Shown one piece after another: positions 28,313 to 37,978 of a stretch of DNA of 64,000 nucleotides. The stretch lies in IMG/VR virus record IMGVR_UViG_3300044718_000102, positions 271 to 64,270 of that record. The stretch is one strand, 5' to 3'. The notes beneath the pieces are model-generated. The model had not been told where the DNA came from. It ran no database searches and was given only the letters and a program-made list of their open reading frames with translations. Both the position numbers and the translations under genes were made by a program. Within the stretch, counting starts at the first letter, position 1, and every line of letters starts with the position of its first letter. The stretch comes from a virus (lineage: Duplodnaviria; Caudoviricetes).

Positions 28313-31288
28313 TCACGGCTGCTCCTCGTCGCCGACCTCGTATTCCGGCACGACGGCGAGGACCTGCATCGGCAGGGGAAAATCCTGCTGCAGCGCGACC
28401 ATGCCGGGCGCCGCCGACCAGCCGATGTAGTTGAAGTCGCCGTCGATCTCGATGCGATGGTCGCCGGTGAACAGCGGCAGCGCCGCGCCGGGGCCGATCT
28501 GGTTCTGCGTTTCCGGCACCAGGATCATCTTGCCGTACGGCCGCGCGCCCCAGGTGGCGACACCGTTACCGCCCTCCTGCGCCGAGGCATTCGGCTGGTC
28601 GGAGCCGATCTTGACGCCGCGACTGCGCTCGAGCCGCACCGTCACGGCATTGATCCGCTTGCGCTTGCCCTGCAGCTGCTCGCCGTCGCGGACGAGGTGC
28701 AGGGTCTGCAGCTGCGCCTGGAAGCCGAGGCCGATGGTCACGGCGCTCGCGGGCACGCCGAGCGCGATCGCCCCGTTGGTCACCACGGCCGGCGTGATCA
28801 CCGCGCCGTCGGCCAGCCCGGTGACGGTCATGCCCTCGAGGTGGTTGAGCCCGGACACCGAGGCGACCGGCGTCGTGATCGTCCAGGCGCCGGCGGCCGC
28901 CGGCAGCGGCGTCATCGCGGGATCGTCCGGCGTCGCCGCGAACGCGACCGTGACGGTGGCCAGCACTTGCGTCGGCGACACGAATTGCGTGACCGCGGCC
29001 TTGCCGCCATTGGCGCGGATGACCTGGCCGGGAACGCCGGTGTTGACGCCATCGAACACCGCGGCCGAGGCGCTGAACGGCACGCCGGCGCCGCTCAACG
29101 CGCCGATCGAGAGCGTCGCGGCCGGCGCCGGTTGCGGCAGCGCGACGCCGGCGTCGACGCACCACACGGTTTCCGAGGTGGCGTTGGTCCAGATCCGGTT
29201 GTCCATGCGCTCGACGAAGTAGCCGTAGGCGCCCTTGCCGGCGATCAGCCGCTTGACCACGAGGTAGATCGCGTCGACGGGCAGCTCGGACGCCGTCGCG
29301 ATCCCGACCACCTGGCCGTTGGTGTCGTGGCGCGCCCAGGCGATGACCTCCTGCTCCTTGAGGTAGGTCAGCGAGAGCAGCACGCCGTCGTCGCGCACCG
29401 CCCACAGCACCTTGTGCGGCTTGCGCGCCCACGCCCATTGCACGATCTGGTGCCCGTCGAACAGGTGGTTGGAGAACACCGTGATGTCGTCGCCGGCGTA
29501 CGTGTTGGTGAAATAGTTGTAGTTCTGCGCCGAGACGATCGAGCCCGACGAGTCGAGCGTGATCACCTGGTAGCTGATCTTGATCGGCGGCACCGTCGGC
29601 GAGAACCCGATCGACTCCTGCGAGGTCGCGTTCTGGCTCGCCGGCTCGATCGGCGTCGCCGGGCCCGACGCGCCCGAGAGCAGCCAGGCGTCGAGGCCGG
29701 TGTAGATCAAGAGCCCGGCCGGGACCTGAACGGCCCATTGCAGCCCGTTGACCTGCTGCGCCCACGGCGTGCCGGTGATCGCGTCGGACGCGATCGGCGG
29801 ATCGGCCGTGTCCATGTTGGTGAAGGCGCCGGTCTGGGAGAAGTAGTAGGTGTCCGGATTGTTCAGCGAGCTCATGTAGCCGCGGCGCTGCTGGAAGTAG
29901 GTGACGACGCCCGGATAGGTGCCGGCCTGCGGGCCGATGACCAGCGGCGCGGTCGCGCTGCCGCCGTTGGTCGTGTCGAGAAACGTGATGGTGTTGCCGA
30001 CGGCGTAATTCTGCCCGGCATTGACCACGATGGCGGCGACCATGGTGCTGCCCGAGACTACCGGCGTGATCGCGGCGCCGAAGCCCGTCGTGGTGTTGAT
30101 GGTGGCCGTCGTCGTCGCCTGCGCGAACGTGCCGGTCGACGTGATGGCCCCGACCGCCAGGATCTGTCCGGGCGCGAACGGGTCCTGGTGCAGCGGCGGG
30201 GTGGTCGAGGCGTCCGCGACCACGTTCTGGTCGAGGAAGGTCGGCGCCGCCGAGGAGCCCGCAAAGCCGAACTGCGAGCCGATCGGCACCGTCTGCGGCG
30301 GGCCGCCGTTGATGTAGATCGCCGCCGGCGCCTTGTAGAAATTGTAGCTCACCGCGGTCGGGACGGTCGAGCACACGAGGGTGATCGAGCCGGCCGTGAT
30401 CGAGATGTCGACCGACGACACCAGCGCGATCGGCGAGGCCACGCTCTCCTCGCCGTCGGCCGACACCGCGGTCGCGCAATAGGCGTATTGCGCCGAGGGC
30501 AGCGTGCCGGAGGGCGCCGCGCTCGCGGTCCCGAAGCAGGCCGCCGGCGCCGCGATCGCGGAGGCAAAGCTCGTCTCGTTGAGCGTCCAGTTGTTCGCCG
30601 CCAGGCGGTCGAGATCGACGGGCGCGTAGTCGATGCCGGCGACCTGGTTTGACAGCGCGAGCGACATCAGGTCGGCCGACTCGGTGTACTTGAGGTACGG
30701 CAGGTCGCTCACGTGATAGGGCGCAGCGATCGTGTAGACGCGCGCCGCGCTGCCGCCCGCCGTGTAGGCCGCGTAGGCGAGCGAGCTCACCGGGTTGCCG
30801 AAGGTGTCGTGCAGCGCCACCGTGCTGGCGGTGGCGAACGCCACCACGAAGGTAACGCCGTTGAGCTGCGTCATGCCGCCGACGCCGGCGACGAAGATCC
30901 AGTCGCCGTTGACGAAGTCGTGGCCGGGAATTGTCAGCACGCACGGATTGGCCTGGGTCGCGGCCGTGATGGCGATCGGCGTCTCGGTGATGTAGCCGCC
31001 GTTCGCGATGAAGCGCACGTAGCCGTCGCCGAACTCGAGGATGTAGTTCTGGTTGACCTTGAACTGGAACGGGATGATGCGCGGCGGGATCGAGCCCGCG
31101 CTCGCCGGCTGCCGGGCCTGGCCGCAGAAGTGCGTGCCGCCGCGCGAATAGGCGCCGCCGCGCACGCCGGCGAACATGTTGCGCATCGTCGACGCGCCGA
31201 TTCTGAACTTGGCCTGGTCGACGCGGCCCCAGAATGCCGGCGACACCTCGCCCGCCGCGAACGACGCCTGGATCGACGTCTGGGTCAT
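28313..31288 (-). CDS. Tail tubular protein B / nozzle
   Basis: QASFAAGEVSP..GRVD, LEFGDGYVRF, YPGVVTYFQQR, EQEVIAWARH. Confidence 0.92.
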   Translation of the reverse strand: MTQTSIQASFAAGEVSPAFWGRVDQAKFRIGASTMRNMFAGVRGGAYSRGGTHFCGQARQPASAGSIPPRIIPFQFKVNQNYILEFGDGYVRFIANGGYITETPIAITAATQANPCVLTIPGHDFVNGDWIFVAGVGGMTQLNGVTFVVAFATASTVALHDTFGNPVSSLAYAAYTAGGSAARVYTIAAPYHVSDLPYLKYTESADLMSLALSNQVAGIDYAPVDLDRLAANNWTLNETSFASAIAAPAACFGTASAAPSGTLPSAQYAYCATAVSADGEESVASPIALVSSVDISITAGSITLVCSTVPTAVSYNFYKAPAAIYINGGPPQTVPIGSQFGFAGSSAAPTFLDQNVVADASTTPPLHQDPFAPGQILAVGAITSTGTFAQATTTATINTTTGFGAAITPVVSGSTMVAAIVVNAGQNYAVGNTITFLDTTNGGSATAPLVIGPQAGTYPGVVTYFQQRRGYMSSLNNPDTYYFSQTGAFTNMDTADPPIASDAITGTPWAQQVNGLQWAVQVPAGLLIYTGLDAWLLSGASGPATPIEPASQNATSQESIGFSPTVPPIKISYQVITLDSSGSIVSAQNYNYFTNTYAGDDITVFSNHLFDGHQIVQWAWARKPHKVLWAVRDDGVLLSLTYLKEQEVIAWARHDTNGQVVGIATASELPVDAIYLVVKRLIAGKGAYGYFVERMDNRIWTNATSETVWCVDAGVALPQPAPAATLSIGALSGAGVPFSASAAVFDGVNTGVPGQVIRANGGKAAVTQFVSPTQVLATVTVAFAATPDDPAMTPLPAAAGAWTITTPVASVSGLNHLEGMTVTGLADGAVITPAVVTNGAIALGVPASAVTIGLGFQAQLQTLHLVRDGEQLQGKRKRINAVTVRLERSRGVKIGSDQPNASAQEGGNGVATWGARPYGKMILVPETQNQIGPGAALPLFTGDHRIEIDGDFNYIGWSAAPGMVALQQDFPLPMQVLAVVPEYEVGDEEQP

Positions 31289-31304
31289 GATCTAGCCGCG
31301 CGGC

Positions 31305-32132
31305 TCAGTACGTCACGCCGCCCGGGAACGCGAAGCCGTCCCAGGGCGCGATGACCTGGCCGGCGCCGCCGCCGAGGCCGCGGCCGCCGCTGCGAATGGC
31401 GATCCAGTCCGGCACGTGGTCCTGCGTCTGCGGCCCCTCGTTGCCGTCGGACACGCGGGCGGCATCGAGCGTGCCCTTGGCGATGCCCATGGCGAGCTGG
31501 AACGCGGCCGCGCTGCCCTTGAGCGCCGGCGAGAGCCACACCGCCAGCGCCGCCTTGGCGCCCATCAGGAACTGCGAGTCCCACAGGCCGACATTGATCA
31601 GCCGGCGCGTGTAGACCGCCTGCGCGTGGCGCAGGTTGGTGAGGATGACGGCGATCTCGTTGCCGTTGGCGTCGAGATCGACAGCCGGCGTGAACGGGAT
31701 CGCCGTCGCGGGCATGATCCGCGGCAGCATCATGCCGCCGCCGGTGGTCAGCGGCGGCGACGTCGAGGGCTGCGTGAGCAGCGGCACCAGGAAGCGCACC
31801 TTGAGGCAGTCCGCCGGCAGGCCGTACTCGTAGAGCCACGGCTGCGGCGGCACCGGCAAGGTGGTGCCGCCCGGGTTCTCCGGCGTCCCGGCCGCGGCCT
31901 TGAGCAGCGACAGCGGCGGCGGAAACGTCGAGCCCGGCGCCCCCGACTGGAAGCGCAGGCAATTCCAATGCGCGGCGCGCGCATAGGCGTCGATCGTCGG
32001 TTGGTAGAGCAGCGCGCAGGCATCGCCCGCCGCGGTGCCGTCGCTCGGAAAGACCGACGTGATGGCGGCCCGCACGCCCGCCTGGCTGAGCGCCAGATTG
32101 CACACGTCGACCGGCGAGGTGCTGCTGGTCAT
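31305..32132 (-). CDS. Tail tubular protein A / adaptor
   Basis: VDVCNLALSQ.G, W.YEY.LPADCL, WD.QF, PDWIAIR. Confidence 0.9.
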   Translation of the reverse strand: MTSSTSPVDVCNLALSQAGVRAAITSVFPSDGTAAGDACALLYQPTIDAYARAAHWNCLRFQSGAPGSTFPPPLSLLKAAAGTPENPGGTTLPVPPQPWLYEYGLPADCLKVRFLVPLLTQPSTSPPLTTGGGMMLPRIMPATAIPFTPAVDLDANGNEIAVILTNLRHAQAVYTRRLINVGLWDSQFLMGAKAALAVWLSPALKGSAAAFQLAMGIAKGTLDAARVSDGNEGPQTQDHVPDWIAIRSGGRGLGGGAGQVIAPWDGFAFPGGVTY

Positions 32133-32151
32133 GGCGCGCTACGCCCGTGCA

Positions 32152-32454
32152 TCAGGTGTTGGTGATCACCGCGAGCTTGTCGCCCGGGGTCACCGCGAAG
32201 TACTCGGGCACGCCCGCCGCCATGCGCTGGCTCGCCGCGGTCGCGACCGGGTTGGCGCCGCCGATCTCGACCGAGCACACGACGTCGGACTCGAGCCGGA
32301 TGATCTGCGTGTTGGCGTTGAACGCGGCCGATTGCACCGTCGTCGCGCCGATCGCGACCGTCTGCCCCGCGACCTTCGGCATGCCCATCATCGGCGTGCC
32401 CTGCAGGCCGCCGGCGCCGGCGAGGCGCCCTTCGGTGATGTAAAGCGTCGTCAT
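32152..32454 (-). CDS. Small virion structural protein
   Basis: SAAFNANTQIIRL...GANP.A...EYFAV..GDKLAVI. Confidence 0.75.
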   Translation of the reverse strand: MTTLYITEGRLAGAGGLQGTPMMGMPKVAGQTVAIGATTVQSAAFNANTQIIRLESDVVCSVEIGGANPVATAASQRMAAGVPEYFAVTPGDKLAVITNT

Positions 32455-32457
32455 GCA

Positions 32458-32883
32458 TCAATCCTCGTCGCGATCGCCGTCGCCGGCGTCCTCGCCCTCG
32501 CCGTAGCGCTGCTTGATGCGGCGCTCGCGCGGGACGCGGTCGGCTGCGCCCACACGCTCGCGCTCGGCGTCCTCGTCCTCGACCGCGAGCTGCGTGATCT
32601 GCAGTTCGATGCGGCAGCACTTTTCCTTGGTGCCGTCGGCGCGCTCGCGCTCGTTCTCCGAGCACGACGTGACCTTGGCGAACGCCACCAGGTGGATGGT
32701 GTCGCCGACGCTGCAAGCGCCGTCGAGCTCGAGCTTGTCGAGGATGTCCTGGTCGAACGACAGGCAGAGCCCGTAGGGGTAGACCTGGGCGGTCGCGTCG
32801 GGCGACGGCATCGCGATCGGCGCGAGATCCTTCTTGATCTCCGCCGGCGTGCGCGCCATGTCGACCATCTTGTGGAACGACAT
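32458..32883 (-). CDS. Capsid staple-like protein
   Basis: MVDM...YPYGLCLS.D...L.KL...VGD...ELQIT motif. Confidence 0.72.
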   Translation of the reverse strand: MSFHKMVDMARTPAEIKKDLAPIAMPSPDATAQVYPYGLCLSFDQDILDKLELDGACSVGDTIHLVAFAKVTSCSENERERADGTKEKCCRIELQITQLAVEDEDAERERVGAADRVPRERRIKQRYGEGEDAGDGDRDED

Positions 32884-33341
32884 CAGACGTTGCTCCCCTT
32901 CTCGCCCTCGGCCTTGTCCTTGCCGAGCTCCTTGGGACTGCCGGCGCTCGCCTCCTCCTTGGTCGCGGCGGCGCTCTCCATGTGGTCCTGCAGCTCCTTG
33001 TGGTGGCGCGCCATCATGCTCTTGCCCTCGCCGCCGTGGCGCTCATGCATCGCGGCCGCCTCCTCGGCGTGGCGCTTGGTCATGTCGCCGTGCTCGCGCT
33101 TGTGGCGCTCGGCGACGACGCCGAACTCCGGCCCGCTCTCGTGCGGGCTCGGCCCCTTGTCGGTGTTCTCCTTGGCGACCGCGCCCGGATCCTTCGGCGT
33201 CGGGCCCTCGCCCTCGCCTTCCTTCTTCTCGGCCGTCTTGGCGGCCGCCGCGGCGCCCTCCTCGTCCTTGTTCGGCGCGGCGCCCTTGCGGCCGTGCTTC
33301 GGCGGGTTGGCGTAGCGCTTGCTGCGATCGATCTCGGCCAT
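32883..33341 (-). CDS. His/Glu-rich late protein
   Basis: GAGGA RBS; repeated RH..E...M helical motif. Confidence 0.7.
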   Translation of the reverse strand: MAEIDRSKRYANPPKHGRKGAAPNKDEEGAAAAAKTAEKKEGEGEGPTPKDPGAVAKENTDKGPSPHESGPEFGVVAERHKREHGDMTKRHAEEAAAMHERHGGEGKSMMARHHKELQDHMESAAATKEEASAGSPKELGKDKAEGEKGSNV

Positions 33342-33378
33342 GGGTGTCCTCGCTGGATTTCTCGTGTGTGGGCTGCGC

Positions 33379-33582
33379 TCAGCCGCCGTAGCGGCTCTTC
33401 ATGCGCGCCGCGTCGGTCATCGGCCCGTCGCTCGGGCCCGGCGGGGCGCCCGCGGCCGCGGCCTGGGCGAGCTGCGCGCCCTGGTCGCCGCCCGGCTGCA
33501 TGTCGGCATCGGTCTGCGGCGGCGGCGTCTTCGGCGCCCGCGGCGCCGACGGCTTGCGGAATGATCTCTTGTGCTTCGCCAT
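33379..33582 (-). CDS. Small late protein
   Basis: GGAGG RBS; MAKHKR...KSRYGG. Confidence 0.6.
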   Translation of the reverse strand: MAKHKRSFRKPSAPRAPKTPPPQTDADMQPGGDQGAQLAQAAAAGAPPGPSDGPMTDAARMKSRYGG

Positions 33583-33584
33583 GG

Positions 33585-33848
33585 TCAACCTCCCGGCTGG
33601 ATGATGCGGCTGCGGTTGCCGCGGATCGCCAACTTCATGTCCTCGCGCATCAGCTCGGCGCCGATCAGCATTTGCGAGATCTGGTTGCCGAAGCCGGGCC
33701 AGGCCATCTGCCCGTTCGGGCCGACCGTGACGACCGCGAGCGAGGTGATCTCGCCGCGGCGAACACCGATCTCGAGCTGCTCGATGAGCAGCACCAGGTT
33801 CGGGTCGACGCGAACCGCGCCCGCCGGGATCTCGATCTTGTCGGCCAA
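33585..33848 (-). CDS. Small hypothetical protein
   Basis: TTG start after GAGG; ends RIIQPGG. Confidence 0.6.
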   Translation of the reverse strand: MADKIEIPAGAVRVDPNLVLLIEQLEIGVRRGEITSLAVVTVGPNGQMAWPGFGNQISQMLIGAELMREDMKLAIRGNRSRIIQPGG

Positions 33849-33852
33849 AGCC

Positions 33853-34029
33853 TCACCCCTTCTTGCCGTAACGGCCGCGCTTGCGGTCCTCGTCGGTCTT
33901 GCCGACACGCGCCGGCAGCTTGCCGCCGCGATCGGCGGCCGCGTATTCCGCGGCCGCGCGACCTTCGGCGGTCTTCTTGTCCTTGTTGGCGAACGCCCAG
34001 CGGCGCTGCGCTTCCGAGACGGGAGGCAT
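33853..34029 (-). CDS. 58-aa basic late protein (MPPVSEAQRRWAFA...)
   Basis: Translated by hand, below ORF-track cutoff; MP..S..Q.R small-phage-protein pattern. Confidence 0.6.
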   Translation of the reverse strand: MPPVSEAQRRWAFANKDKKTAEGRAAAEYAAADRGGKLPARVGKTDEDRKRGRYGKKG

Positions 34030-34042
34030 CAGCGCGTGGCCG

Positions 34043-34393
34043 TCAGCGCAGGCCGGCGCCGTAGGTCGAGCCGCGCAGCGCAGCGAGATGCGCCTCGATC
34101 CGCTGCTCCATCGCCGGCTCGGCCGCCTCGAACGCGTCGGCGACCTTGCCGTCGAGCTCGGCCGAGAGCTTCGTCATCGCGTCCCCGATCATGCCCGCGA
34201 CGTCGGGCACCGCCGGCACCGCCGCTTTGACGGCGGCCGCGATGCGCTCCTCGAGCGCGGCCGCGGCATGGCCGAGCGCCGCGGTGAGCTTCGCCTCGAG
34301 CTCGGCGGCGAGCGGCGCGAGCGCCTTCTTGACCTCGCCGGCGATCAGCGCGCCGACCGCGTCGAGCTCGGACTGTGAGGTGGTGTCGGTCAT
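34043..34393 (-). CDS. Ala-rich helical late protein
   Basis: GGAGG RBS; 116 aa. Confidence 0.65.
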   Translation of the reverse strand: MTDTTSQSELDAVGALIAGEVKKALAPLAAELEAKLTAALGHAAAALEERIAAAVKAAVPAVPDVAGMIGDAMTKLSAELDGKVADAFEAAEPAMEQRIEAHLAALRGSTYGAGLR

Positions 34394-34420
34394 GAAACCC
34401 TCCGTTGTTGAGCGCCGCCG

Positions 34421-35164
34421 TCAGAACGCCGGCAGCTCGTCCCACTCGACGCCGACGGCGAAGAGCCATGTGCCGGTCGCCGGCACCGTCGCCTGGATGA
34501 CGAAGCCCTCGTTCGGCGCCAGCACGAGCGGGAATTCGCCGGCCTTGGGCTCGTAGAACACCGAGTTCGGCGCCACGACCTGGGTGCTGGTGCCGGTGCC
34601 GATCGCGATGTCGACGGTGGCGAACGGATCGGTGTCGAGCGTGCGCGTTCCCGCCGTCAGCGTGCCGGTGTTGGCGATCTGGATCGAGGCGACACCCGTT
34701 GTTCCGAACGAGGTTCGCAGCTTGGCGTTGTTGCCCGTCAGCGTGCCCGCCGTGCCGCCCGAGTCAGAGGCCGTGAAGGCGCGCGCCACGAAGCCATCGA
34801 GGTGGGCGTTGCCGGCCGCGAACGCGGTCGCGGTGCCGGCGACCGAGATGCGGATGCGGCGGATGACCGCGACGCCGGTGCCGTTGTAGCGAAACGAGTA
34901 GACCGGCGAGGCCGCCGTGAGGCCGGCCGCGACGGTGCCGCTGACCATGCCCTTGGCGTAGGAGCCGAGCGCACCGTTATCGAGCGGATGCAGCGCGTGC
35001 AGCGCCCAGGCGCCGACGCAGCCGCCCGTTGCGCTGCCGGGCTGCTGGATGGTCGGGTTGCCGTAGCCGCCGACCGTGGAGCATTGCGCGGCCGCCGGGG
35101 CGGCCGAGAACGCCGCGGCGAGCGCCGCAGCCATGAGGAGAAATCCAACGCGAAGCGACGTCAT
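34421..35164 (-). CDS. Beta-rich virion-type protein with signal peptide
   Basis: MTSLRVGFLLMAAALAAAFSAAPAAA-Q; C-terminal PLVLAPNEGFVI...VEWDE. Confidence 0.7.
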   Translation of the reverse strand: MTSLRVGFLLMAAALAAAFSAAPAAAQCSTVGGYGNPTIQQPGSATGGCVGAWALHALHPLDNGALGSYAKGMVSGTVAAGLTAASPVYSFRYNGTGVAVIRRIRISVAGTATAFAAGNAHLDGFVARAFTASDSGGTAGTLTGNNAKLRTSFGTTGVASIQIANTGTLTAGTRTLDTDPFATVDIAIGTGTSTQVVAPNSVFYEPKAGEFPLVLAPNEGFVIQATVPATGTWLFAVGVEWDELPAF

Positions 35165-35237
35165 GTCGATGCTCGCCGCTACCGCGGCGCCTCTGGTGAT
35201 GCGGGTGATGGGTGAAGGCTGAACGCGCAGCCGCCGA

Positions 35238-36008
35238 TCAGACGGCGCGCGCGCCGGGGCCGACGGTGCCGAGCGTCTGGCTCGCCACGGTGCCCATCGC
35301 GGGCGCCGCGCGGTTCGCCGGCGCGACCGGCTGGGCCCGCACGCGCGTCGTCTGCGCGCCGCGCGCCGGCGCCGGGCCGGGCAGATGCCCTGGCATGCCG
35401 GCATCGCCCTGGCGGATGCGCGTGTTCGGCATGATCGGCGCCGGTCCGGAGCGCGGCGGGCGCACCGGCAACGGCCTGGTGTCCGGCATCATGCCGCGCT
35501 GCTTCATCTGCAGCCGCGACACCTCGTCGAGCACCATGGCGTTGAACTGGAGCTTGGCCTCGGTCGGGCTGCGGCCGTCGGCGTCGAAGGTGTGCGCCAC
35601 CATCATCGCCGCCTCCAGGAAGAGCTCATGGCTGTTGGCCGCCCCGGTGCGCGGCAGGCTGCGCAGATAGGCCTCCATGCGGCGCTCGGCGGCGGCGTTC
35701 TGCGGGATCATGGTCTCGTTCGGCACCAGCGTGCCGGTGAGGTCCTCGATCACCATGCCGGGCGGATAGAGCGTGTCGTCGGCCGAGTAGAAGCCGCCCT
35801 CGCCGATCTCCCACACCGGGATCTCCTCGGGGCCGAGCAGCTCGACGCCGCCGGTCGCGGCCTTGAGCTCGTTGTAGTTCTGCGTCAGCGCGACGAGCTG
35901 GCGCCGCAGCTCGGCGAACTCCTGGGCGCTCGGCCCCGCGGCCGGCGAAGGCTGCGGATCGTGCGCGGTCGACTGTGGCGCGGCGTTCGCGCGGGAATTG
36001 CGGGCCAT
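35238..36008 (-). CDS. Late hypothetical protein
   Basis: GGAGG RBS; 256 aa directly after head genes. Confidence 0.7.
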   Translation of the reverse strand: MARNSRANAAPQSTAHDPQPSPAAGPSAQEFAELRRQLVALTQNYNELKAATGGVELLGPEEIPVWEIGEGGFYSADDTLYPPGMVIEDLTGTLVPNETMIPQNAAAERRMEAYLRSLPRTGAANSHELFLEAAMMVAHTFDADGRSPTEAKLQFNAMVLDEVSRLQMKQRGMMPDTRPLPVRPPRSGPAPIMPNTRIRQGDAGMPGHLPGPAPARGAQTTRVRAQPVAPANRAAPAMGTVASQTLGTVGPGARAV

Positions 36009-36089
36009 GGGGCCTCCTGGGGTTGGTGGGATGCGGCCGGCGCCGGGGCGGCGGCGCCGGCCGCGGGCGCGCGAGCGGCGTTGCCGCCG

Positions 36090-36692
36090 CTACGCGCCGA
36101 CCGTGAAGCCGCCGGCGTACTTGCCGATGTTGAAGTCGGGCTTGCCGAGCAGCAGCCCGGCGGTCGCGATGGTGCCGGCCGAGAAGGTGCCGACCGGCGT
36201 GTAGAGCAGCGAGATGAAGCGCGGCATCGCGGTCTTGATCAGCCGGTCCGGCCAGTCCGGCAGCGAGATGATCGACTGCGACGGGTCGGTGAACTGCGTC
36301 GGCGCGACGCCGAGATCGGCCACCGGAATGGCGCCGGTCTCCGCGTAGGTCGTCCAGGTGAGGCCGGAGAGGTTCGCCGGATAGGTGCCGGCGGCCGCGT
36401 CGACCGCGCCCTGGAACGCGATGTTGAGCGAGGTGCCGCCGACGAACGCGGCGCCGATGATGGCCGCGAGCCGCAGGCGCAGCGCGCCCGGCCCGAGATC
36501 CTCGCCGAACACCAGCGCGCTGTTGATGTTGAAGTTGCCGCCGCTCTGCGCGGAGGCCAGGTAGGTGGTGCCGGTGTTCATCAGCCCCGACGAGAGGTCG
36601 AGGATGCCGGTCGAGCGCACGGCCGCGTTTGTGATCGCTTGTGCGCCGCCGGTGTTGCCACCGGTCCACAGGAGGTTGCTGTCGGTCTGCAT
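36090..36692 (-). CDS. Capsid cement/decoration protein (Bbp16-like)
   Basis: AQAIT...RST.ILDL...PRFISL.Y...GTF.AG; follows MCP; AAGGAG RBS. Confidence 0.8.
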   Translation of the reverse strand: MQTDSNLLWTGGNTGGAQAITNAAVRSTGILDLSSGLMNTGTTYLASAQSGGNFNINSALVFGEDLGPGALRLRLAAIIGAAFVGGTSLNIAFQGAVDAAAGTYPANLSGLTWTTYAETGAIPVADLGVAPTQFTDPSQSIISLPDWPDRLIKTAMPRFISLLYTPVGTFSAGTIATAGLLLGKPDFNIGKYAGGFTVGA

Positions 36693-36708
36693 GGATGAGC
36701 TCCTTGGC

Positions 36709-36788
36709 CCGTCATGCCCGCGCGGGCGGGCATCCACGCCTTGCTTGCGGCAAGACGTGGATGGCCGGGACAGGCCCGGCCATGACGG
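36709..36788. repeat. Rhizobiales REP-like palindrome (GTCATG...CATCCAC...GTGGATG...CATGAC)
   Basis: Nested inverted repeats between MCP and cement genes. Confidence 0.85.
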
Positions 36789-36794
36789 TGGGGG

Positions 36795-37832
36795 TTACGA
36801 GACGGTCGCTTCGGTGTTGAGCAGCGCGTCGCAGACGCGCAGCGGGACGCCTCGGTACTCGAGGATCGGCTGGCCGGCATATTCGGTCGGCTTGAGCAGC
36901 ACGTTCTTGTCGCGGATCGCCTGGATCGCGGCGTACTGCGCGACGGTGCGATTCCATAAGAACGCCGGGCGGATCGACGGGCTCGGCTGGTTCGGCGCAT
37001 CGACCTTGGTGATGCCGGTCATGCGACGGCCCGCCGTCGGCATGCGGTAGAGCGCCTTGTTCATCAGCGTGAACAGGTCGGGAGGGCTCGCGCCGGCGAG
37101 GCCGGCGGTCGTGGTGTCGAGGTTGGCGATGCGGCAGAAGTACTGCCAGTTCTTGATGTGGATGCCGAGTTTCCACATGAAAAACGAGGTGTAGGCCTCG
37201 AACTCGCGGTTGTTGCTGTCGAAGCCCGGGCGGATGTCGCCCTTGTCCTCGAACACCAGGCCGGCCTTCGATGCCTTCGGGTAGAAGCCGAAGCCGGTCT
37301 GCTCGCCCCAGCAGGCGAGCCAGATCGACGCGTTGGCGCTGGCGGAGCCGCCGCCGTTGAGCACGTTGATCGCGTTCTGCGCGTTCGCGGTGCTGACCGT
37401 GTTCCAGCGCGGCGAGAGGCCGGTGAACTGCGCCTGAGTCACCGCTTCATTGCCGTAGAAGATGGTGGTGGCCATCTGCTGCGACAGGCCCTCGAGGTGG
37501 GCGTTGTCCTCGCTGAGGCGGACCTCGGCGACCTGGCCGTCGAGCTCGGCGAGCGAGCGGTCGACGCGGCTATAGGCGACGAGCTCGCCGATCGTGTCGG
37601 TGACCTGGGCGGTCGTCGACTTGGTGAACGAGACGCCCTGGTAGAAGTTGCGCCAGGTGCCCTGGGGCAGGCCGGTGCGCACCGTGCCGGTGTGGCCGAG
37701 CGGCTGGTTGCCCTCGCGGATGAGCAAGTCGTCGAAGATCTCGTTGCACTGCGCGAGCAGCTCGCCGATGTCGTCGATCGAGCCGTCGGGTCCGATGCGT
37801 CGGGCCCAATCGGCAAGCGTCAGGTAGGCCAT
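36795..37832 (-). CDS. Major capsid protein (BPP-1 Bbp17-like)
   Basis: LTLAD, EGN...GH..TVRTGLP...WR..YQGV, FTGLSPR, GVP.R.CDALLNTE. Confidence 0.93.
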   Translation of the reverse strand: MAYLTLADWARRIGPDGSIDDIGELLAQCNEIFDDLLIREGNQPLGHTGTVRTGLPQGTWRNFYQGVSFTKSTTAQVTDTIGELVAYSRVDRSLAELDGQVAEVRLSEDNAHLEGLSQQMATTIFYGNEAVTQAQFTGLSPRWNTVSTANAQNAINVLNGGGSASANASIWLACWGEQTGFGFYPKASKAGLVFEDKGDIRPGFDSNNREFEAYTSFFMWKLGIHIKNWQYFCRIANLDTTTAGLAGASPPDLFTLMNKALYRMPTAGRRMTGITKVDAPNQPSPSIRPAFLWNRTVAQYAAIQAIRDKNVLLKPTEYAGQPILEYRGVPLRVCDALLNTEATVS

Positions 37833-37978
37833 GACTCATGGCTCCATCGTTGGCGCTCGCCTTGCGGCGGGCGCGCGGGGAAAGCGGCGTCTCACGACGG
37901 CGCGGGTTGAGAGGTTTCCGTCAGGCGGCCCACATCCCCGCGACGTGCGAGGCTGGGCGTCGGTGCAGTGGCCAACCC

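Noticed and set aside
33585-33848. Second Gly-Gly-ending ubiquitin-like protein (ends QPGG)
   Set aside because: Helical-looking sequence, GG codons double as the next gene's RBS, and no dedicated partner gene
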